A DNA stretch of 64,000 bases from Xylographa opegraphella (lineage: Eukaryota). The stretch lies in the NCBI GenBank assembly GCA_022813865.1, contig JALDZX010000023.1, positions 124,001 to 188,000 on the forward strand. The letters are read 5' to 3'. This document shows positions 1 through 11,500 of this stretch, in pieces. The translations under genes and the position numbers were made by a program. The notes under the pieces were generated by a model, which made no database searches, had not been told where the DNA came from, and saw nothing but the letters and a program-made list of their open reading frames with translations. Every line of letters begins with the position of its first letter. Positions within the stretch are counted from its first letter, which is position 1.

Positions 1-3000
1 TCTTATCCTAGTTTACTCAAGATCCCTGAATTTTTAATCGAGTTCATCACTCCAATTGTGAAGGTCTACAAGGGAGATCCGAAGCAGCCTTCGAAACAGC
101 GCTCATTTTTTACCATTCCCGAATATGAAGCTTGGAGAGAAGAGCATAAGCACGAGCGAGGCTGGGAACATAAGTATTATAAGGGGTTGGGTACTAGCAC
201 AACCGAGGATGCTCAAGTCTACTTCCGTGACCTTGATAAGCATCTCAAGGACTTTCATGTGATGCAAGAAAACGAACCTGAGCTGATCGAATTGGCTTTC
301 TCGAAGAAGAAGGCTGACGAACGGAAAGAGTGGCTGCGTCAATTCAAACCCGGAACATACTTGGACCACTCCACGAAGGACATCACCTACACTGACTTCG
401 TCAACAAAGAACTTATTCTTTTCAGCATGGCGGACAATCTTCGGTCCATTCCATCGGTAATTGATGGCCTGAAGCCTGGTCAACGGAAGGTCTTGTACGC
501 ATGTTTCAAGAAGAACTTGAAAAAGGATATGAAGGTTGTCGAGCTCGCTGGTTATGTTTCTGGTATCACAGCATACCAGCACGGCGAAACTTCTCTTCAA
601 CAGACTATCGTCGGCCTGGCTCAAACATTTGTTGGATCCAACAACGTCAATTGCCTTGAGCCGAGTGGCAATTTCGGTAGTCGACTTCAGGGTGGTAGTG
701 ATTCGGCCAGCGCACGTTATATCTACACTCGCCTGTCTCCTTTCGCGCGGCGTGTCTTTCATCCACTGGATGAGCCAATATTGAAGTACAACACCGATGA
801 TGACCACACCATCGAACCCGAGATGTACGTTCCAGTTGTTCCAATGGTGCTCATCAATGGTGCCGATGGTATTGGGACTGGCTGGAGTTCTTCCATACCG
901 AACTATAATCCGGAAGATATAGTAGAGAATCTCAAGAGAATGATGGATGGCCTTGAGCCCAATCCCATGACTCCCTGGTTTCGTGACTTCAAAGGAGAAG
1001 TTACGCAGATGGGACCGGATCGATACAAATTCAGTGGTATTGTCAAGCAAACAGGTGACACCGAGGTAGAAATCACTGAGTTGCCAATTCGCGTATGGAC
1101 GCAGGATTTCAAGGACAAGCTTGTGGAAACTATAAAAGCAGAGAAAGGTCCATCGTGGATCAAAGAATATGACGACTACAATACGCACAAAAATGTTCAC
1201 TTCGTCATCCGGCTCGAGGAGAAATTCATGAAAGCCGCCATCGATGAGGGTTTGGAGGAGAAATTCAAACTAACCAAGTCAATTGCCACATCAAATCTAG
1301 TTGCATTTGATGCCGAGGGTAGGATCACGAAGTATGCCACTGTTGAGGATATCCTGAAGGAGTTCTTTGCTCTTCGCATCAAATTCTACGAAAAGCGAAA
1401 GGTAAGTTTGGGGTTGAGATATATAAGGAAAACTACATGCTGATTTCTGGCGAAGGAGTACCAACTTTCCGAATTCAACAAAGAACTTGAGAAGCTGACG
1501 AATCAGGCGCGCTTTATTCAAATGATCATAGATGGGAAGCTGGTTGTCTCGAAAAAGAAAAAGAAGGCCCTCGTCGTTGAATTGAAGCAGAAAGGCTTCA
1601 AGGCCTTCCCAAAGACTGTAGATGCCTCTAAAGAGGGCGAATCTGAACCTGTAATCGAAAACGAGGAGGGCAATGATGAGGATGTCGAGATGGAAGCGAG
1701 CGCGTACGACTACTTGCTTGGTGTATGTACAAAGGCATTTTTCTACCAAATTGTATTACTAACTACTGAATAGATGGCTATTTGGTCCTTGACGCAGGAG
1801 CGTGTTGAAAAACTGCTGAAGCAGATTGGGGACAAAGAGCTTGAGATTGATGCTCTGATCAAGCTTTCGAAGGAAGATCTTTGGAAGAAGGATCTCGATG
1901 AGTTCATTCACGAATGGCGCTTTCAACTCGAGGATGAGGCGAAGCGTCAGAAGAAAGTTGCCTCAATGGGCCGACGACTCTCATCGAAACTTAAGACGAC
2001 AGTGAAAGGGGGCCCGCGAAAGCGAAAGAATGAAGACACACCTTCGGATTCCGACTTTAGCTCAAAGAAAATGAAGGCCGCTGCGGTCAAGAATCCCGTT
2101 AAGAAAGCGCAGCCTAAAATATCCATGTTGTCGGACTCATATCCAGCCCTAAAGGCGACCTCGTCGACGCTGAGCACCATCACAAACGACATTCAGCCGT
2201 CCACTAAAACCACTGCGGTGCCCAAAGGAAGTGAGAAGCCGGATGAAGATGTCTGGATGACTATTGATGGTGTTAGCGACTCCAATGCTCGGGTCGCGCC
2301 GGTATTCACCAAAGCCAAAGAAGTCGCCGCAATCAAGAAAGCTGCTGTCCCGAAAGCCTCGAAAGCTATTACAAAAGTTCGCTCCGACTCCGAAGACGAG
2401 CCTAGCATTCGCCTGGCAGCACCAGCATCGCGGGCTCCCCGTGCCGCTGCTCGCAAACCAGTCAAGTACAGTGTCTTTTCCGACTCCGATTCAGACAATG
2501 GAGATGACATGCTCTTCGACGTCGGCAAGATGGTCAAAGGCATTGGCCCTGCTGCGGAATCCTCTACCACGACCACTAGGCCACTGTTCTCTGCCACTAC
2601 TAGCCTCTCCCGACCTGGCAGTAGTGCTGGGCTTGTGGCGCGCAAGAGCGTGGCGCGCACCGCGATCGAGAGCGGCAGTGAAGACGAGACGGACTACACA
2701 CGCCTTGTACCTGCTGCAAACGGTGGAACCAAGACCACCGCACGCGCCACGGTCCTCAGCGACGAGGACGATGACAGCGATGTCTTTATCGCGAAACCCG
2801 CTGTTCCTACTAAATCTACAGTGCCGGCCCCGAAACCGGCTGGCAAGCCCCGCGGTCGGCCACCGGTCGCCAAAGCACTGAAAGCCGCTCCGGTAGCAAA
2901 AGTGACTGCGAAAGAGCCAAAGAAGCTTCCGCTCAGCCCAGCCGCCAAGGCCTACGCAGCCAAGCAAGCCAAAGCCAACGGCCTCGGTGTCACCGCGTCC

Positions 3001-3357
3001 ACTCTCGCCACCGGTGCTGCCGGGAAAGAGAAGCCCAAAGCCAAGCCGAAGTACACCGTTTCCGACGAGGACGACGAGGACGACGACGTCGACAAAATCG
3101 CCGACGAGATGCTCAGCGAGGATGACGACGACGACGACGATGTCGTGCTGGCTCCGGCGGCGAGGGCCAAACCCGATCCGCGAGCCACGAGGGAGGATAG
3201 CGTGGCGGGCAGTGTGGCGGGTGGACGTCCGGCCCGGCGCGCCGCGGCGGAGGCGGTCAAGAAGACGTGGGTGTTGGATGAGGAGAGTGAGGAAGAAGAG
3301 GATGGGGCCAGTGAAGCCGAGGAGGAGGACACTGCAGATTTTGACGATAGTGAATAA
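1..3357 (+). CDS. TOP2: DNA topoisomerase II, 5'-truncated by window edge; introns 1402-1455 and 1723-1773
   Basis: KYYKGLGTS, DNLRSIPSVIDGLKPGQRK, YQHGE and active-site ASARYIYT motifs; splicing joins ORFs 58-1443, 1522-1773 and 1774-3357 in frame; acidic/basic low-complexity C-tail. Confidence 0.98.
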
Positions 3358-3619
3358 GCGGGGCGGGGATGGTGCCGGTGGTGGTGAGGTCGAGGTGGGA
3401 GGGAGTGCCTGCTGCGGAAAGGATGATGCTTCTGCGTGGGGAGGCTTTTTTTTTCACATATGGAGGGGTTTTAGGAGAGGGTTCGGAGGGATGGGTGGTT
3501 GGGGGTTTCGGGGTTGGGTAGTTGTTCGTACATGTCTGCTTCGCTGCGCTTGTGCCAGCTGTGCCAGCGTCTGTAAGATGATTTGTGTGGTAGGGTGGTG
3601 GTTGTTGGACAAATCAATG

Positions 3620-3712
3620 GATGAATGAGTCAATAGGTGAGTGAATGAGTGAGTAAATTAGTGAATGAGTGAGTAAATGAGTGAGTGAGTGAGTGGGTGA
3701 TTGGGTGAGTGA
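3620..3712. repeat. Imperfect (GAGT/GAAT)n microsatellite
   Basis: gaatgagtgagtaaat...gagtgagtgagtgagtgggtga downstream of TOP2. Confidence 0.85.
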
Positions 3713-4052
3713 GCGAAATAGTTTGTGCATACATGTCTCGCTTTTACTGGGACTGCTTCAGGTCGGCGATATCTAAAGGGGGGTCTTCTATACTTCAGAA
3801 TTACTCCCCCAAGGCTCGCCTGGAAACTGCCGGGTTCATCGCAGAGACGTCAAGAAAACGGATCACAAAGGTTGGATTGCAAAGGTTTTCAATAATTTCA
3901 AGCAAATCTAGGGGTATCGTAGGACAGCATGAAAAAGCTCGTAAGATAAAACACCCCCCCCCTAGCTCCATTCCGTCGTCCATCGGACTACGCCCTGTAG
4001 CCATGTTTGCGTGCGGCAGTGGAGAGCTCTGTTCAGATATGCCCGTCCGTGT

Positions 4053-4775
4053 TCAAGATATCTTTGCCCTCGCTTCGGGCACTGAAGCGTCACCGCTCTG
4101 ACCACCGCCTCCGTCTTCTCCCGCGCCATTCCCCGTACCCATCCTCCGGACCTTCGTCTCCTCGTAGTCGTACAAGAAATCCAGCCCCTCCCCGTCATCC
4201 TGCTCGGCCTCGGGCGCCAGGTAAAGTGGTCTTTCTGTAGCTCGGGTCCAGAACATCATTGACTTTTGACCGATACGCCCGTTAGAAGCCTTATACACCG
4301 CCTGGAGAGCGGCGAAGAATGCTCGGGCTTCAGCCTCCAGCCCGAGCACGCGGAGGGAGCGTATGATACGCGTGATCCGTAGGTGGTTGTGACCGAACCG
4401 TGTGACCCAGTTCTTGGAAGCTGAAGCAAAATTGGGGCCTCGGGTGACTTCTGGCCCGCGTTCTGTTTCGCGCAATTGAAAGCCGTAGAAAGCGAGGATG
4501 CGAGAGAGGGCAGCTCGTAGCTGGGCTTGTAGATCGGGTCTTGAACGAAAGGCTTCGAACGTGGCTTTATCTACGACTGGAGCTATGTAGCTGAAAGCTG
4601 AGGCTTCCGGCAGCGGAAAGACGACTTGGATGTAGTCATGGCACGACTCCAGCGTCCAATCATTCCACGCAAGAATGGATTCGAGAGTCCGTCCTTTTGC
4701 GTCTGCCGCGGCGATTACCGGATCGTAGAACGAGACAAGGGAGGTCCGTGGCGAGCGAGCGCTATTTGAGGACAT
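4053..4775 (-). CDS. Opioid growth factor receptor (OGFr) conserved-domain protein
   Basis: LESCHDYIQVVFPLPEAS and HNHLRITRIIRSLRVLG are OGFr_N hallmark motifs; likely ATG at 4775 (MSSNS). Confidence 0.88.
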   Translation of the reverse strand: MSSNSARSPRTSLVSFYDPVIAAADAKGRTLESILAWNDWTLESCHDYIQVVFPLPEASAFSYIAPVVDKATFEAFRSRPDLQAQLRAALSRILAFYGFQLRETERGPEVTRGPNFASASKNWVTRFGHNHLRITRIIRSLRVLGLEAEARAFFAALQAVYKASNGRIGQKSMMFWTRATERPLYLAPEAEQDDGEGLDFLYDYEETKVRRMGTGNGAGEDGGGGQSGDASVPEARAKIS

Positions 4776-5160
4776 GTTTCTTCCCGGGGGTTTGGGGAAG
4801 AACCAAGGATGAAATTGACGTTGACGTAATGCTTTAGGGTTAATCTGCGGAGTGCAACGCGGAATACCACGGTAGGAAATGATTCGTAGGAAACAACGAG
4901 AAGTATACATTTATCAATCATACAAACCGACCGTCATTGGAGCGTTTGTGATCATTCTGATGGCATTTAAGTGACAGCGGCTATACGGTATAGAAGCCGC
5001 GTGCTTAGCATGCATGATTTAGCCGAGCTTACGTCTTGCGTGAAACTGGCCCCGAGCCCTTGTGCTTTCCTGGTCTGTCTATGAAGTATTATCAGTGCAA
5101 AGAAGCTTGGAAATTCATATAATTTTGGAATTGAATAGTATCCGTCCAGCTTCTCGGAGC

Positions 5161-6388
5161 ATGCCAGCTACACGAACACCGGAGAGACCGTGGTATTCAG
5201 ATCTTTCGATCGATCTCTTCGTCAAGATCCTGAACAGGAGCATCTTCCATCCCTTCGTCGCGTCACTCATTCCTCTCTGCTTAAGGGCAGTCGAAGTACC
5301 CTACTCCGCAGCTTCTTTTCAATATTCAGTCTACTATGCTATTTTCATCTGTATCCTTCATGTTCTGGCGCCTATAAGTGAGAGGATTGCATACGGCCCT
5401 TCGCGGAAAGTGGATTTGGAGGACGAGATCATTGTGATTACTGGTGGCGCCAGTGGGCTCGGGAGATGTATTGCGGAGATCTATGCGTTGCGGGGCGCGA
5501 CGGTGGCAGTTCTGGATATTAGGGGCAAGGAGTCTGCGAACGCAATCGAAGATGTCAGCTACTACAGATGTGATGTCGGAGATGCAGCTGCAGTGGCAGA
5601 TGTCTGGGCTCAAATCACAACAGAGGTAGTGCTCTGCTCCGGTCGAGGTTGATGAGTGATGGTTACTGACTCCTTGGTAGCTTGGCCTCCCTACCATCCT
5701 GATTAACAATGCTGGCATTGTTCATGGGAAGCGAACCCTCGACCTCAGCGCGGAAGACGTCGAAAGGTAAATGGTTTTGTAATTACATGTAACGACGTCC
5801 CAACCACTAATGCTGCCAATTAGAACCTTCCGCATAAACACGATGTCTCACTACCACCTCAACTCACTATTCCTCCCTCCTCTGTTGTCGCGTCCTGAAG
5901 GTGGCACGATAGTTACTGTATCATCTGTCCTGGGTAAACTTGGTGCTACACGATTATCGGCATATGCAGCTTCGAAAGCCGCACTTCTGACCTACCACGC
6001 GTCAATCACTGCCGAGCTTTCAGAGTCCCATCCAAATATCAAGACAATTCTCGTCGCGCCAGGTCATCTCTCCACAGAACTTTTCGCAGGGCTGCGGAAA
6101 AATCCGATGCAAGCATTTCTCGGCCCGGTCGTGGAAGTCCAAGATCTGGCCATGAAAATCGTGAACATGATAGACGCAGGAAATGGAGGCATCATCGCCG
6201 AGCCTTTTTATGCGAGATGGATCTTTCTCTTAGAGGCGTTCCCAGTCGGCTTACAGAAGGTATTGAGGGGATTGGCCGGTGTTGACACGGCTATGTCGGA
6301 TTTTCAAGGGAAGGGCTCAACGGTGCATAGTGAAGTTAGGGCAGAACAACACGACCCTAAGCGTAACATCCGCGTAGATAACACGTAG
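5161..6388 (+). CDS. Membrane-anchored short-chain dehydrogenase/reductase; introns 5626-5680, 5767-5823
   Basis: TGGASGLG Rossmann motif, spliced LINNAG, catalytic YAASK; hydrophobic N-terminal segments. Confidence 0.93.
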
Positions 6389-7372
6389 ACAACAATGTTT
6401 TCTTGGACTAGGCCCCGATAGATCCTCAAAGACGTTTGAGCAATAATCATTGAGATGCCCTGAGGGTGTCATTTTTTCTATCATAACCCTGTTATCTGTT
6501 AGTCCTGCACTGCTCAAGATGCTCAATTTCACCCATTTAATGGTTGTCCGTGAAGCCGTTTTCCAGACAGTATCCCGCATTTGCCAGGTCGTTGTCGATG
6601 GTCGTGTCTACACAACAGAAAGCGTCACGCAGATACAAATACGGAAGAGATAGAAGATCCAATAAATAATGCGACGAGTGCCAATCTGCCAGCCCTGCTG
6701 GAAGCAATGGTAGAAGAGTCTAGAAACCTGGAGTCCGTACATGGCATTACCTTGCGTATTTAACACATATTGACGAATTTGTAGCCTCGCTAGCATGCTG
6801 CAGAACGATACAACGCGATTAAAAACGGCAACGAAAAAAAGAAATACCAGCTTGTACTGGCAGCTCATATAGCGCGTCCCGTTCCTACAATCGAGTCATC
6901 AATAACCATTTAAGCCGGGCCTTTCGGGAGACAGAGCCCTTCGAGGCATTATCTCAAGCCCCGTATGGACCTGCCAGGTACTGAGACGTCATCTATTTCA
7001 TTACCAAGGTATTAGACAAAAGTTCCGACATCTCCAATGCTCATCGAAACTGTTTGTGTATCCGTTGTTCGGGTGGTTGAAAAGCAAGGTTATTCCGCCA
7101 GGATATTCTATCGACTATACGGAGGTACAATAGGGCTAGTCGAATGACCTGAGTTGAAGTAATTCGTCATGGGCAGCTGGAGCTGACAGCTTTTGGCAAC
7201 TACAGTATTATATACTCACCCACATGTATTTGAAGCCGGTTCGGGAGACGAAGGAAGTGTGCATCAGCCTAGGAGTATTTAAACATCTCGACGGGACAAG
7301 GGCGGTCCGCATGGGCGGAGGTATGTCTACCTTTGAACATATTGTTACTATGATGTGAAGTTTTTCAATAAC

Positions 7373-7457
7373 GGCCGAGTGGTGTAGTTGGTTATCACGT
7401 GTCCTTAACATCCAAGATGTACGGACAAGGTCCTGGGATCGAGCCCCAGCTTGGTCA
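7373..7457 (+). tRNA. tRNA-Val(AAC) with 11-nt intron (7411-7421)
   Basis: Acceptor GGCCGAG/CTTGGTC, anticodon stem TGTCC/GGACA with AAC at 7407-7409, T stem CTGGG/CCCAG, downstream oligo-T Pol III terminator near 7478. Confidence 0.95.
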
Positions 7458-7787
7458 TTATACGTTTACGGATTCCATTTTTTTGTGGTTTTTTGTCGTC
7501 CGAATCGATTCATTCATTCATTTTGTTGGACATTCGTGGTAAGATGATTTACCCTTTGGCTTCTGCAATTTTTGCATCCACGAGTTATTGTTGATTGCTC
7601 ACGGTTTTCAATTCGTGTCAATCTAGCCATCAGATCAAGCAGCTGGGCAGGGCTGGAATAAACCGAACTGCTATCTACTATCATTTGATACTTGAGCGCT
7701 CGATGGTCTGAAACATATCGTACTGTACTGGTAAGCCTGAGGTACTGAGGCAATTGGACCTAAGAGTCAAGTGCCAAGCATCCCATT

Positions 7788-7829
7788 ACAGCACTGAGTG
7801 GACAGCACTGAGTGGACAGCACTGAGTGG
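7788..7829. repeat. Three perfect tandem copies of ACAGCACTGAGTGG (14 bp)
   Basis: Direct reading: 7788-7801, 7802-7815, 7816-7829. Confidence 0.95.
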
Positions 7830-8575
7830 ATGATGTAGGTAGATTTTGTGAGCGTATTACCGGGAGGGAATATATTCTGGAATGGATATCGTATCCAAAC
7901 CAGGCACGTCCTGTGGCTATTCTAATGCTCAGAAGCTCAACTACGGATATATACACCCAGCGTATTTCGCAGGTGGCCTGCTCGCCGGTGACCCCTTGAG
8001 ACTCCCTCAATAATCCCCGTGCTCCTTAGGAGTGTCACTGCTCCTCGCTTTTCGCGGAAACGGCAATCAATTAACCCAAGTTTTGGCGGTGTGGTTGTTA
8101 CCAAGGAAGGACCGCAAGGCCCCAAAAAGCGCTTACTTACGACTGGGCAATGAATTCTGAGCCTTGGCAAGGGAGGTGACAATAGGAGTCGAATTGATCA
8201 CTGCAAGTCTACATAATGGAATATGATTACGCCCTTCTGTCTACAATTATTTGATTTCATTGCAATGCGAACCCCATTCTAAGGATTCCTTCGATCACAA
8301 CGCAGTATGTGCATTAGCCCACCTTACTTCTAATTCGACGTGAAGCATAAACCAAATTTATATATGTGAATATACATCCGACCATGCCTTTGATGGAATA
8401 CTCCTGCCCCGTGGTATATGTGGTAGCCCAGAAACGCCGACGCTAATCACTGAACCCGCTACTCGCACGTCTGTTGATGTTTCAAGGACGTGGGACAAAC
8501 CACATGATTTCTCTCCAAAGTGGATGCCGGACAATTCCAGACCAAAAATGTACAACCGGCACCTTCCGTATGTAA

Positions 8576-11500
8576 TCACGACTTGGAAGATGACGATTTC
8601 GGAGCCCCATTCGCCGACTTCGTGCTATTCTTCCTATCGGCGCTCGTCTTCTTGCCTTTCCTTGCTACCTCGGCTTTCCCGGAGGCAACCGCCTTCTCCG
8701 CAACCTCGTTCACCGTCTCCCGCAGGCCAGGGATGGCCTTGTGGTTCTGGTTGAGATAATCTTCCAGCATGTCCTTCAGTACTGCCGCTCTGACGGGCTT
8801 GGCAAGATAGTTGTTCATGCCGGCTTCTATGCACTTTTCCCTATCGCCCCGGATAGCCGACGCGGTCATCGCGATGATCAATACGCCTCGAACAGCTGGA
8901 TCCGGATCTATTCGTATCAAGCGAGTAGCATCGTAGCCGTCCAGCACGGGCATCTGCACATCCATGAGGACGAGATGGAATGGCTGACCGGCCTTCGACT
9001 TTTCTCGGAGAGCTTCTACTGCCTGCAGGCCGTCGTTGAAAGCTTGGCATTGGAAGCCGAGCTTGGTCACAAAGGAGACTGCGATCTGTTGATTGATGGG
9101 ATTGTCCTCCGCTATGCAGATACGGAGCTGATCTCGAGGAATCTGAGTGAGGTCGAGCAAGGTTGCACTGTTGGGTCTTGAAGGGCTTTCCTGGGCGTCG
9201 GAAGACCACGTCGCCATTGGGTCGGTACCCTTCGCGCTCGCAAGCTCTTCGGGAGAGGTCGGTAATACCGATATCTTGGGGAATGAGAGTTCAAAGGACA
9301 CGGTAGTGCCAATACCCAACTGACTCTCCAGCCAAATCCTGCCCTCGAGGACTTCAATGAGTGCTTTACATATACTGAGACCAAGCCCGCTACCGCCATA
9401 CGATCGTTGCGTGCTGCTATCGGCTTGAGAGAAGGGCGTGAAGAGCCGCGATAATTGCTCTTGAGTAATCCCAATTCCAGTGTCTGATACAGATATAATC
9501 ACCAAAATAGATTGGTCGTCTTCGAACTGGGTCTGGCTTCGAACGGTAACCTTGCCTCGTGCAGTGAATTTATATGCATTGGCTAAAAGATTCATCAACA
9601 CTTGATGCAAGCGGACTGTCGAATCGGATTAGTAGACCGTTTCAATGAAGCTAAAGAAATTGGGACACCACGCACCAGGATCTCCGAGTACCAGGAGATG
9701 CTTGTCTAGGTCGAGCTGAACAACGGTTTCCAATCCCTTCTCGATGTTGGTGTATGAGAGAGCGCGAACCACTTCTGTTATTGTGTCATACAGATTCAGC
9801 GGTACACTGAAAAGCTGCATTTTGCCTGCTTCAAGCTTCGAAAAGTCGAGAATGTCATTAATGACGGTTAGTAAAGTATCCGCGCAGACTCGGATTGAGT
9901 CAGCAAAGCCTGCTTGCTCCTCGGTCAAAGGAGTGCCTTTAAGTAATTCTGATAGTCCGATCACGCCATTTAAGGGGGTTCGAAGCTCATGAGAGACATT
10001 TGCGAGGAACATTGACTTGGCTCTGGCAGCTTCCTCCTTAAGCTTTACACTTCTTAGGGCCTCCAACTCAGCAACTCGTGCCTTTTCCTCGGCAGCTCGA
10101 GCAGCCCTGAGAGCTCTTTTCTGTGCTTCAATCATACCTACATTTGTGGCCGATACCTTTCGAAGCTTCCTAAATAATAGGGCATTCGAAATTGAGATAG
10201 CAACTTGCCCGCAGAACAACTGTAGGACCCCGAGATGTCTTGATGTGAGAGCTTGAGCTTGTCCCTCGAGATATAGAACACCGAGCAGGTTATCGCCCTG
10301 CAATATCGGGAGTGAAATGATAGACTTTGGGAAAATTGCGTTTGGGGAAAAACGCTCATCTTGTAAGACATTACTGACAAAAACAATCTCCTTGAATCTA
10401 AGAGTGTAAAACACTACTTGCTTTGCGGTCTTGTCTTCCAGGTCGTTTAATGGTAACGGCTCCGAGTTTATACCATCTTGTGTTCCAGAGGCAGCAAAGC
10501 ACCATGATACACCATCATCTTCTGATTCAATAACGACACCTGCAAAATGTGCACCTGCGGATTCGAGGATGATACCGGTCATCTTCGCCAATAGGCGGTC
10601 GATCTGCAACTCGGAGGATATGGCTTGGTTGAATTCTAGGATCGACTGCAGGTCCACAACATCGAGGCCCAGGCGTGCAAGGTCGGGATCTCCACTTGCA
10701 GATTTGATAACAGGATTGAGCCATGCCGTAGTGCGATCATCAGCAGTCTCTTCACCTAGATTCCGAACCTCTCGTCGCTCGTTTTCTTCTATTCTGTAGG
10801 ACGTATTTCTGATCTCACCAACAGAATTTGCCGTTTGCACCGCAACGTCTGCTGTTCGACATCGCCCTGTAGCTTCAAGGAGCCATTCATGTTTCGTACT
10901 CAAGTGTTCTATTTTCCCAGTTGCGCTGATACGGGCGTAAGAGCCGATAGACTCCTCTAGCGCGGATTTTGCGCTCCGCTTTGCTCCTATTCTAATGTAG
11001 AATCCAGCTTGAAGTTCAAAAGCTATAGCTTCTTCCAAAGCAAAACCGTAGACTTGACAATGGTCGATCGCAGCTTCATAGGCCAGTATAGACTTGTGGT
11101 GTTCACCACATAGTTCCGAAGTCTCAGCTTCGATCATGAGAGACCACATCAAGTAGTTTGCATTGCATTCCGTTTGCATTGAGTCAAGCTTCTTTTTGTA
11201 TTGCTGAATTTCGTCAAGGAGGTTTGGCAGGTCTTTCGACACATTGGTCAACCGGTATTGAGCAATTAGAGACAAAGACAGATAGAAAAAGGTGAGAGGC
11301 GTGTTACGAATTCCCCACAGATCTGGCGCTGTCAAGAGGAAGGCCCGGCCCGAAGATATAGCTCTCCCAAAATGCCCAAACAGATAGAGGGGTATCATTG
11401 CAAAGCTGTTGTAGATGTCGCGGGGCTTGGTGGCATTGAAAGCTCTAGTGTACACAGATTTCAGGTACTCCTCACTGTCATGATTGTCATCACTCATGAC

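Noticed and set aside
103..1200. 365-aa antisense ORF over TOP2, and similar antisense/overlapping ORFs over SFI1, GPI8, LAP3 and the TF genes
   Set aside because: Shadows of real genes caused by codon bias and high GC; no motifs of their own.
6450..7200. Short ORF fragments before the tRNA as a gene relic
   Set aside because: No recognisable motif or consistent splice model.
7788..7829. Short direct repeats as a CRISPR-like array
   Set aside because: No spacers, eukaryotic context, no cas genes.
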